In this document: piece after piece, positions 25,281-37,267 of the stretch
Layout of the letters: each line of letters starts with the position of its first letter
Numbering within the stretch: the first letter of the stretch is position 1
NCBI RefSeq assembly: GCF_006345805.1
Contig: NC_043000.1
Span: 71,052,001 to 71,116,000 of the forward strand
Source of the DNA: Octopus sinensis
Lineage: Eukaryota
Direction: 5' to 3'
Length of the DNA stretch: 64,000 bases
Position numbers and translations under genes: made by a program
The notes under the pieces: generated by a model
The model's input: the letters and a program-made list of their open reading frames with translations, nothing else
The model's database searches: none
What the model was told of the DNA's origin: nothing

Positions 25281-28120
25281 GCTTATCGTTGCTACCTGTG
25301 GTCGACATTCTAGTGGAGGGGAAGATGTCACGGGCCCTTGTGGACACGGGCTGTACAACAACCTGATGACTACAGAAGTGACAGAGATGTGGAGTGGAGG
25401 AAGCAGTGTTAGAGCTGTCGACGGAAGAGAAGTATACTGCGAAGGGGTTACAGATGCATGGATTGTGGTGCAGGGACTACAGCTGACGCTGCGAGCGATT
25501 GTGGTTGGTCACTTAGTGGACGAGATCGACGTGGTGATGGGGATGGATGCAATCACCCGCTTGGGAGGTGTCACTGTTAATGAGGCTGGTGTAACATTTG
25601 GGTTAGCGGGGAAACCGTGTAGGGCGAGACCATGCACCGGCGACAACCGTGAGGAAAAGCATGCTGCGCACACCATTGAAGACCAGGATTTTTGGGCTGT
25701 CTTTGATGGCAAGAGGTGGACAGTGGAGTGGCACTGGCAGGGAGAGCCCCCGATGTTAAAGAATAAAGTGGGCTGTTATCAGCATACTCTAAAAGGAGAT
25801 GCCAGAAGTGAGTTCGAGGGGGAGGTGGAGCGATGGATTAAGGAGGGCATATTGATCCCTTGGGAAAAAGAAGAGAGAGGAGTCGTGCCACTGATGACAG
25901 TGATACAGCCCACAAAGCATAAGGTCAGGCCAGTGCTTGACTTCCGAGAGCTGAATGACCACGTATCGTGTCATACAGGCGGCGAGGCCACAGATGTCTG
26001 CGGAGACACCTTGCGAGAGTGGAGGCAGATAACGGGGGCCTCCACGATTGTTGATTTGAAGTCGGCATACCTACAGGTGCATGTGGCTGAGAAATTGTGG
26101 AAGTACCAGCTCGTCAGGTATAAGGGCCGGACGTACTGTCTGACCAGGTTGGGGTTCGGGCTGAATTCAGCGCCAAAAATTATGGCAACAATTCTCAAGG
26201 CCATCCTGGGAAAGGTGGACAGAGTAAAAAGGGCCACCAATTCGTACATCGATGACATTCTGGTGGATGAAACCGTAATACCAGCAACGGAGGTCATAGG
26301 CCACCTGAAGAGTTTTGGACTGATCGCCAAGCCACCAGAGGCAATGGAGGGAGGTGCTGCACTGGGCCTCAAGCTATGGAGAGACAAGGCCAGCGCGTTG
26401 GTGTTCCAGCGAGGGAATGAAGTCCCTGAACTGGGCGCCAGCATGAGTAGATGGGAACTGTTCTCTGTGTGTGGGAAGCTGGTGGGACACTAACCCGATT
26501 GCAGGTTGGCTCCAGACAGCATGTAGCTTCAGCAAGAGACGAGCCGAAGGAGTGAAGTGGAATGATAGAGTGGGGGAGAAGACGATCGACATGATGCAGG
26601 AAGTCTTGGTTAGAGTAGGAGCAGAGGACCCAGTGAGGGGCAGCTGGTATGTTCCCAAATCAAAGAGCGGGATTGTATAGTGTGACGCCAGTAGCATCGC
26701 AACAGGGGTTGTCTTAGAAGTGGGAGGCGTCATGGTGGAAGATGCAGCCTGGCTCAGGAAGATGGATGACTGCAATCATATCAATGTGGCGGAGTTGGAT
26801 GCCGTGTTGAAGGGGGTGAACCTAGCCTTGAAGTGGGGGTTGCACACCATAGAAATCAGGACTGATTCGGCCATTGTACTTGGTTGGGTGACAGCAGTCA
26901 TCACCAATGAGCGGAGGGTGCGGACCAAAGGGGCTGCAGAGATGCTGGTAAAGCATCGATTGGGAATACTGCGTGAACTAACCACTGAGTTCAATCTGAA
27001 GCTGAGCATGATCTTTGTGCCTTCCAAGAAGAACAGGGCAGACGTCCTGACCAGGGTAAAGCGAGCCTGGTTGCAGGTGCCAGAGGATGCGAAGCAGGCT
27101 GTAGCTGCAGTATGCCGTCTGAGCGACTCGGAGTTGAGGAGACTGCATACCATGCATCACATGGGTGTGGACAGGACATTGTTCCTAGCCAGAAAAGTTG
27201 ACTCCGATGTAACAAGACAGTGCGTGCAGAGAGTGGTTAGCAGTTGTGACAGGTGCCAGTCCATCGACCCTGCTCCGGGCGTACATGAAGCGGGAAGTAT
27301 TCCAGTGGACCATGACTGGAAATGACTGGCGGTGGACATAACACACTACCGGCAGGGGACATACCTCTCAATGGTTGACTGTGGACCGGGGCGGTTGGCC
27401 ATATGGAGGGAGATGAAGACGGGGACTGCAGAAGAAATTGTGAAAGTGTTGAATGAGATATTCCTGGAACGAGGCCCCATGGATGAAATGCTTCTGGATA
27501 ATGGCACTGCATTTCGCTCGGATGTGCTGAAAGAAATGCTTGATGGGTGGAAGGTCAACCACTTCTTCAGGGCGGTATACCGGCCAAGTGGAAATGGGGT
27601 GGTGGAAAGGCATCATCGTACCATCAAGGCCATGGCAGAGAGGGATCACATTTCACCAATCGAGGCTGTATTTTGGTACAATATGTCGCCCAGATCAGGA
27701 CAGGCTGAGGAGTCGGTGCCACACAGGGCAATATTCAGGTACGAGTGGAGGCATCCGTATACTGCGTCAATGCGACCCGGGGCAGAGGAAGAGCACGCCT
27801 TCGTGCAGGTCGGGGAAGAAGTTTGGGTAAAACCATCAAATGCACGGTGTACATCACAATGGGGAAAGGGGACAATAACCTCTGTAAATTCAAAGAATAA
27901 CATCTCGGTCGATGGTATGCCACGCTACATTTTGGATATACGGAGGATTGTCCGTGCCTCAGAGGATGGGACCAGCAGCAGTGGGCAAGATGAAAACAAC
28001 ACCAGTAGACAGGATGATGAGGCCAGCTGCAATATACCAGGAACCAGTCCTAGGGTCGCACTGCGATCACAGAGGGAACGGCACCCTCCTCCCTGGTTGG
28101 CTGATTATGAAACCAATTAA
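25220..28120 (+). pseudogene. pol: Pol polyprotein: aspartic protease, RT, RNase H, integrase
   Basis: ALVDTGC (PR); VLDFRELN, DLKSAYLQV, GFGLNSAP, YIDD (RT); CDASS, AELDAV, TDS (RH); HTMHH...CDRC, AVDIT, LDNGTAF, GVVERHH (IN HHCC and DD35E). Confidence 0.95.
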
Positions 28121-28182
28121 GGTGCGAGTTCGGGAGCGGGGAGCGAGTGAGAAAGCCGGTTCAGTGATCTGTAGATCGGGGG

Positions 28183-28426
28183 GGGGGTGTCGATGGAGAG
28201 AACGACAGATCGGGGAGGGCGGAACTAAGGCTTGCAGGGCGCAAGCGCGGCAGGAAGCGGAAGCGGCGAGGGACGATGCATGTGTGGCATCAACGAAGCC
28301 GGGCAGTGGGAGCTGAGACGCGGAGGCGACTCGACGCTGAGTTTGGTAGACTAATCTTCGCCGAGGTAAGACCTAATTATATTTCCTTTCTCCTTTTCTG
28401 TTGTCCTCTTCATCATTCACACTACA
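28183..28426 (+). repeat. 3' LTR (first 5 nt read GGGGG instead of TGTGG; 6-bp GGAAGC duplication)
   Basis: Alignment to the 5' LTR; the last ~85 bp are identical. Confidence 0.9.
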
Positions 28427-28749
28427 TTCCTAGATCAATCTGCATGGCATAAAATATGTCATGATGCATCCAAACAATTTGAGTTGAAAAAACAGAATAA
28501 ACGAGTTATAGCCTGCAATCAACAGACATTTTTGCCCGATCCCAGGCAAAATCAAAATCATCAGTGTCCCCATTGTGATTACATAGCAAAATCCATCCCT
28601 GAACTCAAATTACATTCATGCATCCATTGTAAATAGATGCAGCTTATTTGTTCTTTATTTTTAAAAGTTGTTTTCCCTCTAACTCGCCTTCTTTTAAAAA
28701 TCATCTCCTTCAAACACTCATGTACATACATGTATATATGTATATATAC

Positions 28750-28779
28750 ATGTGTGTGTGTGTGTGTGTGTTTGTGTGT

Positions 28780-28843
<64 letters not shown>
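28750..28843. repeat. (TG)n microsatellite
   Basis: Directly visible. Confidence 0.97.
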
Positions 28844-28844
<1 letters not shown>

Positions 28845-28934
28845 TCTTCTATTTTTTAATTATTATAAATCTTCCACTGAGGAGGGAGCCAGTTTCCAAC
28901 AAAGCTCCATCTTTGGGATGTAATTAACACAGAC

Positions 28935-29990
28935 AAATTCACATTTGGGATCTGAAAAAAGTCTTGCATATTTTTACTGTTCCACTCACAGATTGGACTT
29001 GTAATGCACAAATCAGCCAGTCAATTTCTCTTTCTGAAAATCCCAGTTTATCCAGATTCTCCTTTAAGCATTTACTTACAAAACCTAGTGTTCTAATTAT
29101 TATTGGTATGAATATGAATGGATATAAAAGCTGGAGGTTTTGAAGCAGTTGTCCATAGCTATCCTCTTTTTCTTTGATTTTCAAAGAGATATTTATATCT
29201 GCAGGACAGCTAACCTCTATGATGGTATATACCTTTGCCCCTCTGTCCCAAACAACAATATCTGGCCTGTTATGCTTACATATGACAGAAGTTTTGATGG
29301 GAACATTCTACCAGTATTCCTTGAGTTGGTGTTTATGAATGTATTCCATAACAGAGGGATTTTCTAAGTTTATTTCAGGACAGTCTTTTTTGTGGATGGC
29401 ATTATAAATTGTTTTAACAACAACATCATGCCACATAGGGAGGTAGTACCATGGCAACATTTTAGGACAGCCGCTAATCACATGCATAATGTCTTCCACT
29501 AAAACATGACATAGTTTACACATGCAGTTGTACCTTGAGATTACAAGAGTGTCACTGTCTCTCTCGTTCACCAGTCTCCTATTCCTGGATTGCAAACGCA
29601 CAGCCTTCAAAATGTGATGTGATGTAGTGGTCTTGTGTCCAAGAGAGGTTGCACTTCATGTCAATTCTACTATCTTCTTCAAGCTTCTGGGCACCATACC
29701 CTTGCATGGTCTTTTTTTTTGTATGCTGAGTGATTTCCATCTAGGTCTTCCCTGAGGTAAGAGAGCCCAGCTGTTTTGGGGCTGTATAGAAGATCATCAA
29801 GAAGAGAGTGTTTCTTGTGGAGTTCACTGCCAACTCATACAATGTTGCTCTCTTCACTTTTCAAGACTGCATTAATAAATCTATTTTTGCTGCTGTTGTT
29901 TAGGAGGTGCTGCCTGAGTGATACCATACGGCATTTGAAGGCCATCCGCACTGATCGCAGGCTTCTACCACTTTTATTTCTTCTTAAGCA
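28935..29990 (-). mobile_element. R4/Dong-like RLE non-LTR retrotransposon, C-terminal remnant
   Basis: CKLCHVLVEDIMHVISGCPKM...WHDVV (CCHC) and KEDSYGQLLQNLQLLYP...IPIII.TLG...GTVKICKTF. Confidence 0.8.
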
Positions 29991-30124
29991 GGGCCTGTCA
30001 GAATTTGAACTCAGAACATAGCAACAGGCAAAATACCACTAAGCATTTCGTTTGACATGCTAAAAATTCTACTAGCTCACCACCTTTATTATAATGATAG
30101 TAGTAGTAGTGATGATGATGATGA

Positions 30125-30500
30125 TGATCAACATCGTATGTCCTGGTGACAAAAGGATTCAAGAGAAAGAAGGAAAAGTGAACAATTATGATGAAGTAGA
30201 AAATGTACAGGTTGTGGGCAATGAAGGGAGTAGATGTGATACTGATAGTAATTGGCAGGCTTGGAAGTATCAGTGCTCAACTACCAACATGGTTCAAAAA
30301 GATTGGTACAAATGTAAGGATTGAACACCTACAAAAATCATCATTGCTTGCAACTGCAAGAGTTCTCTCCAGGGTTCTTGAACCATGATCAGTAAACAAA
30401 TGTAACCTTAGTCTGTGGCTGTGGGAAGCAGACACTTTCCATCATACCCAGCAAAATAAGCTGAGACTTTTCAGGAAGAAAAAAAAACAATAATAATAAT
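30125..30500 (+). mobile_element. Second R4/Dong-like 3' fragment with an (AAT)n tail
   Basis: NIVCPGDKRIQEKE...RLWAMKGVDVILIVIGRLGS...IEHLQKSSLLATARVLSRVLEP*. Confidence 0.75.
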
Positions 30501-30619
30501 AATAAAATAGACTTAAGGATGACACTTATGAAGACTCAGAAGTGAAAATCCCCTGGTAAAGATAGAGTGCCAAATTTCTGGCTTGCATCATTCCTATGTG
30601 CATACGAAATGTTATTAGG

Positions 30620-31008
30620 TTACTCTTTTACTTGTTTCAGTCATTTGACTGTGGCCATGCTGGAGCACCGCCTTTAATCGAGCAACTCGACTCCAGGACT
30701 TATTCTTTGTTAGCCTAGTACTTATTCTATTGGTCTCTTTTGCCGAACCACTAAGTTACGGTGACGTAAACACACCAGCATCGGTTGTCAAGCGATGTTG
30801 GGGGGGGACAAACACAGACATACAAACATATACACATATGTACATATATATGACAAGCTTCTTTCAGTTTCCGTCTACCAAGTCCACTCACAAGGCTTTG
30901 GTCAGCCCGAGGCTATAGTAGAAGACACTTGCCCAAGGTGCCATGCAGTGGGACTGAACCCGGAACCATGTGGTTGGTAAGCAAACTACTTAATACACAG
31001 CCACTCCT
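30620..31008 (-). mobile_element. tRNA-derived SINE (family A), near full-length
   Basis: The reverse complement reads GGAGTGGCTGTGT...GGTTCCGGGTTCAGTCCC...CACCTTGGGCAAGTGTC and ends in an (AAAGAGTAA)-type tail. Confidence 0.9.
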
Positions 31009-31087
31009 ACATATTTTTACCCCAGGGTCGCTTTGATGACATGCACTGTCCTCTCACTCAATAATAATAACATGATCAACAGCAACA

Positions 31088-31306
31088 ATAATCCTTTCCA
31101 CTATAGGCACAAAGTTTGAAATTTTGGAGGAAAATGTTAATCAATTATATTGACCCCTGTACTCAACTGGTACTTATTTTATTGACCTCAAAAAGATGAA
31201 CAGCAAAGTTGACCTCAGTGGAATTTGAACTCAGAATGTAAAGATAGATGAAATGCTGCTAAGTATTTTGTCTGGCATGCTAACGATTTTGCCAGGTTAC
31301 AGTCTT
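31088..31306 (-). mobile_element. SINE family B copy
   Basis: Homologous (reverse complement) to 34260-34480. Other fragments lie at ~29995-30085 (-) and ~31500-31640 (+). Confidence 0.8.
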
Positions 31307-31460
31307 AACAACAACAACAATAATAACAACACTGTACTTACCGTTATATCATTGTTTTGTGGTTGATAAAATAAAGTATGAGTCAAATATTGGGCTCAAT
31401 GATAACAACTAACCTCCCTCCCCTGAAAAATTTCTGGCCTTGTGCCAAAATTTGAAAACA

Positions 31461-31501
<41 letters not shown>

Positions 31502-31690
31502 GAGTTCAAATTCTGCAGAGTTTGACTTTCCCTTTCATCCTGTTGGGGTCAATAAAATAAGTACCAGTTGAACACTGGGGTTGATGTAGTCAATTCATTC
31601 CCTCACCCAAAATTGCTGCCCTTGTGGAAAAATTTGAAATCATTATTATTATTATTATCATTATCATCATCATCATCATTATTATTGCTA

Positions 31691-31985
31691 TGGAGCATGG
31701 CTTAATGGTTAGGGTGTTGCACTCACAATCATGAGATCATGGGTTCAATTCCCAGACCAGACAGTGTGTTGTGTTCTTGAGCTAAACACTTCGCCACATG
31801 TCACTCTGTAATCACTTTGACATGTTACATGTGACACTGTGCACTTGTACAGATAATGTTAATTTGATGGAGGGAGTGTGCTAACGTGCAGCACATACAT
31901 TTGATCACTATAAACAAATCATCTGTGTAGGTTGTTCAGCAAGAAATTGCAGAAGTGTCTTTCTCAGACTCAAAAGACTACTATT
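31691..31985 (+). mobile_element. tRNA-derived SINE (family C)
   Basis: A box TGGCTTAATGG and B box GGTTCAATTCC, followed by GTGTTCTTGAGC; set among (ATT)n repeats. Confidence 0.7.
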
Positions 31986-31999
31986 AACAAGGTTCTATC

Positions 32000-32515
32000 A
32001 TTATTATTATTATTGAGTGAGAGAGTAATGCATGCCATCAAAGTGACATATACGAAGCCCAGTATACCCATCATGATTACCTGTCAGATAAGGAAACACC
32101 AAGCATGTGCATCACAACCATATGTGCACGACATGGTGAACTCATATCAAGATTAACAGCACATAATCTTGCAGGTGAGGCCCAGGTCTCTGAATAAGGG
32201 TTGTTTAAGGATGTTGAATGAAACACCCATGTTTCCAGAGATGTATTATCCAAACCCCAAAGAATCCCTCTCAGCACATGGCTATGATGCTCCACCACTA
32301 ATTCTGCTCATGATCAGAGATGCACATATTGTCAGCCATTAAGGGACATGCTCGACTGGTTAAGGTCAATCAACTGACAAGCAAATCTGTGGCACTGAGC
32401 AGAATATTTGCTGTAGCCCATCTTTTATACCAAGACAAAACAATGTACATGATAACACTTTCAACCAGTTAAGATGAGAAGTCATGAGAGCCACTGCCTG
32501 GTACTGCATCTGAGC
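32000..32515 (-). repeat. Unclassified interspersed repeat with a CTCTCACTCAATAATAAT tail
   Basis: The same 3' tail occurs on + at ~31030-31060; it is bounded by (ATT)n. Confidence 0.5.
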
Positions 32516-32529
32516 ATTTATTATTATTA

Positions 32530-34180
32530 TTATTCAGTAGTTTTATCTTTATAGCATGCTTTTACTTCACTACCGAGCACAGATCTGTGCGCTTTGGGTA
32601 TATGCTGTAGTTTGCTGTGATGCTCATATGGTTACTGTCTTGAAAGTGTTTTGCGTAGGATGTGTGCAGTGCCTAGTAGTGCAATTTTCTGTATGTTATA
32701 TATATTTATAAGTCCTGGTGTTTTTGTTATGTATTTGTCTGAATATTCTTTTATCATACCTAATGCACCAACTATGATAGGAATTGTTTCTGTTTTTCAA
32801 TTCCACACTTGAGTTACCTCTATTTCCAAGTCTTTTTATTTTGAAAGTTTCTCCATTTCTTTTAGAGAAACGTTGTCATCTGCTGGTATTGATACATCAA
32901 TTAGAAAGCATTTTTTTCTTCACGATCTCTGACAACTATATCTGGCCTATATGTCTTAATTTCTCTATCTGTGTGTATTGGCATATCCCAGAGTATCATT
33001 GCTTTCTCGCTTTCTGTGGCCTTTTCTGGCATGTGCCTATACCATATTTTTCTATTGTTATTCCATAGCGTTGGCATAGCTTCCAGTGTATATAGGTCCC
33101 AACTCAGTTGTGTCTGTGAATATATTCCTTCTTAGCCAAGATTGGGCAGCTAGAGATAATATGATTTATTGTTTCTTGTTCATCTCTACATATTCTGCAG
33201 TTACTTGTTATGTTTCTTTTCATTATATGTTTTTGGTAATTTCTGGTAGGGAGGCTTTGGTCTTGTGCTGCAATTAAAAATCCTTCAGTCTCTGCTTTGA
33301 ATCCTGAGCTTCTCAACCATTGCTGGGATTTTCTCTGTCTATTTCTTTTGCATTTAGTTTAGCCCGGTATTTGCAATGAAGGGGCTTTTCTTGCCATTGT
33401 TTTACGTGGTCCATTGCTGTTCTAGTTTTAGTTTGGATTTCATTTGTTTTATAGCTTTTGTTGTTTCTTCTTCATATTTGTTAGGTAGCATGACTTTTTG
33501 TTTGTATTTGTCAGCTTCCTTAAATAATGAAAACAGTTTTTTACTTTGCTCATGTTTTGGTGGTTATTTTATAATAGTTTTCCTGCTGTATAAGATCTCT
33601 ACCAGCTTCTATACGTTGTATATATAGCCTTTCTATGTCAGATTTTGGGTGGTACATCCTAGATCCTGTCATTATTTTTTTTGTTTTCCTGTCTATTTTG
33701 GTTAGTTCATTGAGTGTCCAGTTAAAGATAATGTAGCTGTAACTTATAACTGGAACGGCTAAAGTGTTAATACTTATTATCTTGTTTTTAGCATTGAGCT
33801 CTGTTTTCAGTATTGATCTAACTCGTCTATAGTATTCTTTCTTTATTTTCTCTTTCATTTGTGTGTGTTGTATCATATCTAGTTCATTGATTCCTAAATA
33901 TTTGTATGCCTGCCTTTGGTCTAATTCTCTTATATCATTGGCTTTATCTAGTGTGATGTTGCTACTCTTAACTAGTTTTCCTCTTTTCAGGGTTGCTTTG
34001 GCACATTTTTCTAATCCAAATTTCATATCTATTTCTTTGGTAAATCCATGTACTGTCTGTAGTACTGTTTCCAGCTGTTTATCATTTGTAGCGTATAGTT
34101 TTAGGTCATCCATATATAAAAGGTGGCTGATTGTTTTGCCGTAACATTTGTATCTGCATTCAGTTCTATTTAGCATGTCA
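32530..34180 (-). mobile_element. 5'-truncated R4/Dong-clade LINE (RT + CCHC + RLE) with a (TAA)n 3' flank
   Basis: HLLYMDDLKLY, FGLEKCAK, YKYLG, KAETEGFLIAAQDQSLPTRNY, CRICRDEQETINHIISSCPILAKKEYIHRHN; C-terminal stop at 32632. Confidence 0.93.
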
Positions 34181-34189
34181 GATAATAAT

Positions 34190-34222
<33 letters not shown>

Positions 34223-34259
34223 TATCATTATTATTATTATTATTATTATCATCATCATT

Positions 34260-34560
34260 AAGGTGGCAAGCTGGCAGAATCGTTATGATTTTGAACAAAA
34301 TGCTTAGCAGTATTTCACCCATCGCTACATTCTGAATTGAAATTCTGCCGAGGTCAACTTTACCTTTCATCCTTTCAAGGTTGATGAATTTAGGACCAGT
34401 GAAACACTGGGATCAATGTAATCGACTAGTCCCCTTCCACCAAATTTCAGGCCTTGTGCCTATAGTAGAAAGGACCATCATTACCGAGGTCGACATTGGC
34501 TTTCATTTTTACGGGGTCGATAAATTAAGTACTAGTTGCGTACTGGGGTCGATCTAATTT
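34260..34560 (+). mobile_element. SINE family B, full copy plus a partial second copy
   Basis: GGCAAGCTGGCAGAATCGTT head and GAGGTCAACTTTACCTTTCATCC body; the body restarts at ~34485. Confidence 0.85.
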
Positions 34561-34803
34561 GCTACTTCAAAAAGATTATATTTTCCTCAAAGTTACGAGG
34601 GAAAAACTCGGATCTTGTGAATTTTCCGAAGTCCTCCCCACCTCCGTTGCTTTCTGCGCATTTTTGTTTTCAGATTCGTTTCCTACGTGGGTGTGAAGTA
34701 GAGAGATATCCTTTTTCCTCAAAGTTACGAGGAAAAAAAACATTAGATTTTGTGGATTTTCCGACGTCCTCTCCCCACTCCCTCGGAAAAGATTTTCCCT
34801 ACA

Positions 34804-36738
34804 AATTTCGGTTAATATAGGGCGTAACAAATATCAGAAAATCAAAAAAAAAATGTGTGTAATAGGTGTAAAACAACTTCCTATGAACGAATATGAAAAA
34901 AAAATTTCGCGCACGCGAAAGGGGGGTGGGGGAGAGGCCTCGAAAAATTCACATCGGGAAGTTCCGAAAGCGTCTGAGGAGCTGACCCGGGCACCAAAAC
35001 AAAAAAAAAATAGTGTAATATGTGTAAAACAACTTGCTCTAAACGAATATGACAAAAAAAAATGCGCTCTCGCGAAAGAGGGGTGGGGGAGAGGCCTCGG
35101 AATATTTATATCGGGAATTTCCGAAAGCGTCTGAACCGGGCACAAAAACAAAAACAAAAACAGCGTAATAGGTGTAAAACAACTTGCTCTAAACGACTAT
35201 CATGAAAAAAATGCGCGCTCGCGAAAGGGGGGTGGGGGAGAGGCTTCGGAAATTTCACATCTTCAGTCCACGGCCTTTAAACTAAGAAAAAATAGTGTAA
35301 TTGGTGTAAAACTACTTGTTCTAAACGAGTATCAAGAACACACACTCACACATGAATCATAAACTCCGTATTTCGCAAAAAAAAATAATAAAGAGAAGAA
35401 ATTCTGGAAAAAGTGAAGAAATGTTGGATCTCCGCCATGTGAATCAAAATACGTGTCAGAAACATCTTGAAATACTACAGAAATTATGTTACGAAAATGA
35501 TAATGTATACATACCTCTTTGAGTGGTCCATCGATAATGATGATAAAGAAATGAGTTGGATTTGAACTCAGAATATTGACTAACACAACTACATACTACA
35601 AGACTCAAAATATTCAGCCAAGTCACCACCCTTTAACTAGCAATAATAATAACATCAATAACATAACAGCCAAAAGATTTATTTGTTCTGAAAATAACAA
35701 TCATAGTAAATAAATATGTTCTTTAATATTCACATTCATGTGCACAGTTAAACACACTTACATACAAACAGTCACGCATGCATAATACAGAACGGAACAC
35801 ATAAATGAAGGATGCATTACTTAGTATATATTACATCTAGAGAATTTTGATTAATAAGTCAAATATGCAAATTATAAAGATAATTAATTGCTTTACTAAA
35901 CAGTGTTGTAAAGGTGAAAAAATAAATTTGGGAAAAAAATACACGCCAAAACTAATTAATAAAGGATAATTAGGGAAGGATTGACACAAAATAATAATTT
36001 TTTCTGTCTCTTTTTTTCTGATAAATGCATCTTAATAAGTGAGAAGAATTGCATATATCTGAACTATTTCAAAGAAAAGCATAAATTTAATGTTTAAAAT
36101 AGCTTTAACCAAGGAATGAGATCCAACATTTCTTCACTTTTTCCAGAATTTCTTCTCTTTATTTTTTTTTTTTGCGAAATACGGAGTTTATGATTCATGT
36201 GTGAGTGTGTGTTCTTGATACTCGTTTAGAACAAGTAGTTTTACACCAATTACACTATTTTTTCTTAGTTTAAAGGCCGTGGACTGAAGATGTGAAATTT
36301 CCGAAGCCTCTCCCCCACCCCCCTTTCGCGAGCGCGCATTTTTTTCATGATAGTCGTTTAGAGCAAGTTGTTTTACACCTATTACGCTGTTTTTGTTTTT
36401 GTGCCCGGTTCAGACGCTTTCGGAAATTCCCGATATAAATATTCCGAGGCCTCTCCCCCACCCCTCTTTCGCGAGAGTGCATTTTTTTTTGTCATATTCG
36501 TTTAGAGCAAGTTGTTTTACACATATTACACTATTTTTTTTTTGTTTTGGTGCCCGGGTCAGCTCCTCAGACGCTTTCGGAACTTCCCGATGTGAATTTT
36601 CCGAGGCCTCACCCCCCCCCGTTTCGCGTGCGCGAAATTTTTTTTTCATATTCGTTCATAGGAAGTTGTTTTACACCTATTACACACATTTTTTTTTTGA
36701 TTTTCTGATATTTGTTACGCCCTATATTAACCCAAATT
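34804..36738. repeat. Foldback structure: ~625-bp near-identical inverted arms built of ~150-bp subrepeats, with a 685-bp AT-rich spacer
   Basis: 34804-35432 is the reverse complement of 36118-36738, with differences mostly in homopolymers. Subrepeat start AAT(A/T)GGTGTAAAAC(A/T)ACTT-type occurs at ~34860, 35015, 35165 and 35298. Confidence 0.93.
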
Positions 36739-37135
36739 TCTTTATAATCGTAATGTATACCGTTTGAAAGATATATAAAATTTCATTTAAAAAAACGACA
36801 TTTTCCTAAAAGTTATGAAGGAAAAACATCGGATCTTGTGAATTTTCCCGAAAGACTCTCCCCCACCCCCGTTGCTTTCCGGGCATTTTTGTTTTCATAT
36901 TCGTTTCCTACCCCCTTTTTTTTTTCACCCTCGTTGCACTATTTTTTTTTTTTTCAATTTCGTTTCCGGGTAATAATGTCAACATTAACCGCATTTTTTT
37001 AGGGCTGTATAATGATGTTTTTTAAGAGAAGCATCTGAGCCAGTAATTGTAATGAGGGAGAATTTGAAGTAAAGCAGCAAAGATAATTACGCACTTGTTA
37101 GATAGATATTGAATCTGCAGAAATTTTCTCTTTAG

Positions 37136-37267
37136 AACTCTTCAATGTTTCATTTACTTTTCGTTTGGGGCCTGTTGTAAACTTCCTGTTTAGTTTGCTA
37201 GCACCCAAGCAACAAGGTGGATGGTTGAAAAATCATTCTTACTCTGTCGCTTCGCAACACTCTTTAG
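37136..37267 (+). other. Candidate exon (132 nt; possibly UTR or first exon)
   Basis: ttttctctttAG acceptor, TAG|GTAAGC donor and one open frame; the peptide is not recognised. Confidence 0.25.

Larger units (their letters stand above)
24222..28426 (+). mobile_element. Near-complete compact Ty3/Gypsy LTR retrotransposon (~4.2 kb)
   Basis: Two LTRs, gag with CCHC knuckles, pol in PR-RT-RH-IN order and a G-rich PPT at ~28178-28187. Five disabling lesions: TGA 25185, 1-nt deletion ~25363, 1-nt insertion ~26491, TAG 26678, TGA 27323. Confidence 0.97.

Noticed and set aside
24491-27923. Numerous antisense and alternate-frame ORFs over the Gypsy elements
   Set aside because: They are shadow ORFs of GC-rich coding sequence with no motifs.
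28427-28640. C2H2-like QCPHCDYIAKSIPELKLHSCIH as a host zinc-finger exon
   Set aside because: It is frameshifted and more like the C-terminus of a decayed LINE ORF; too short to call.
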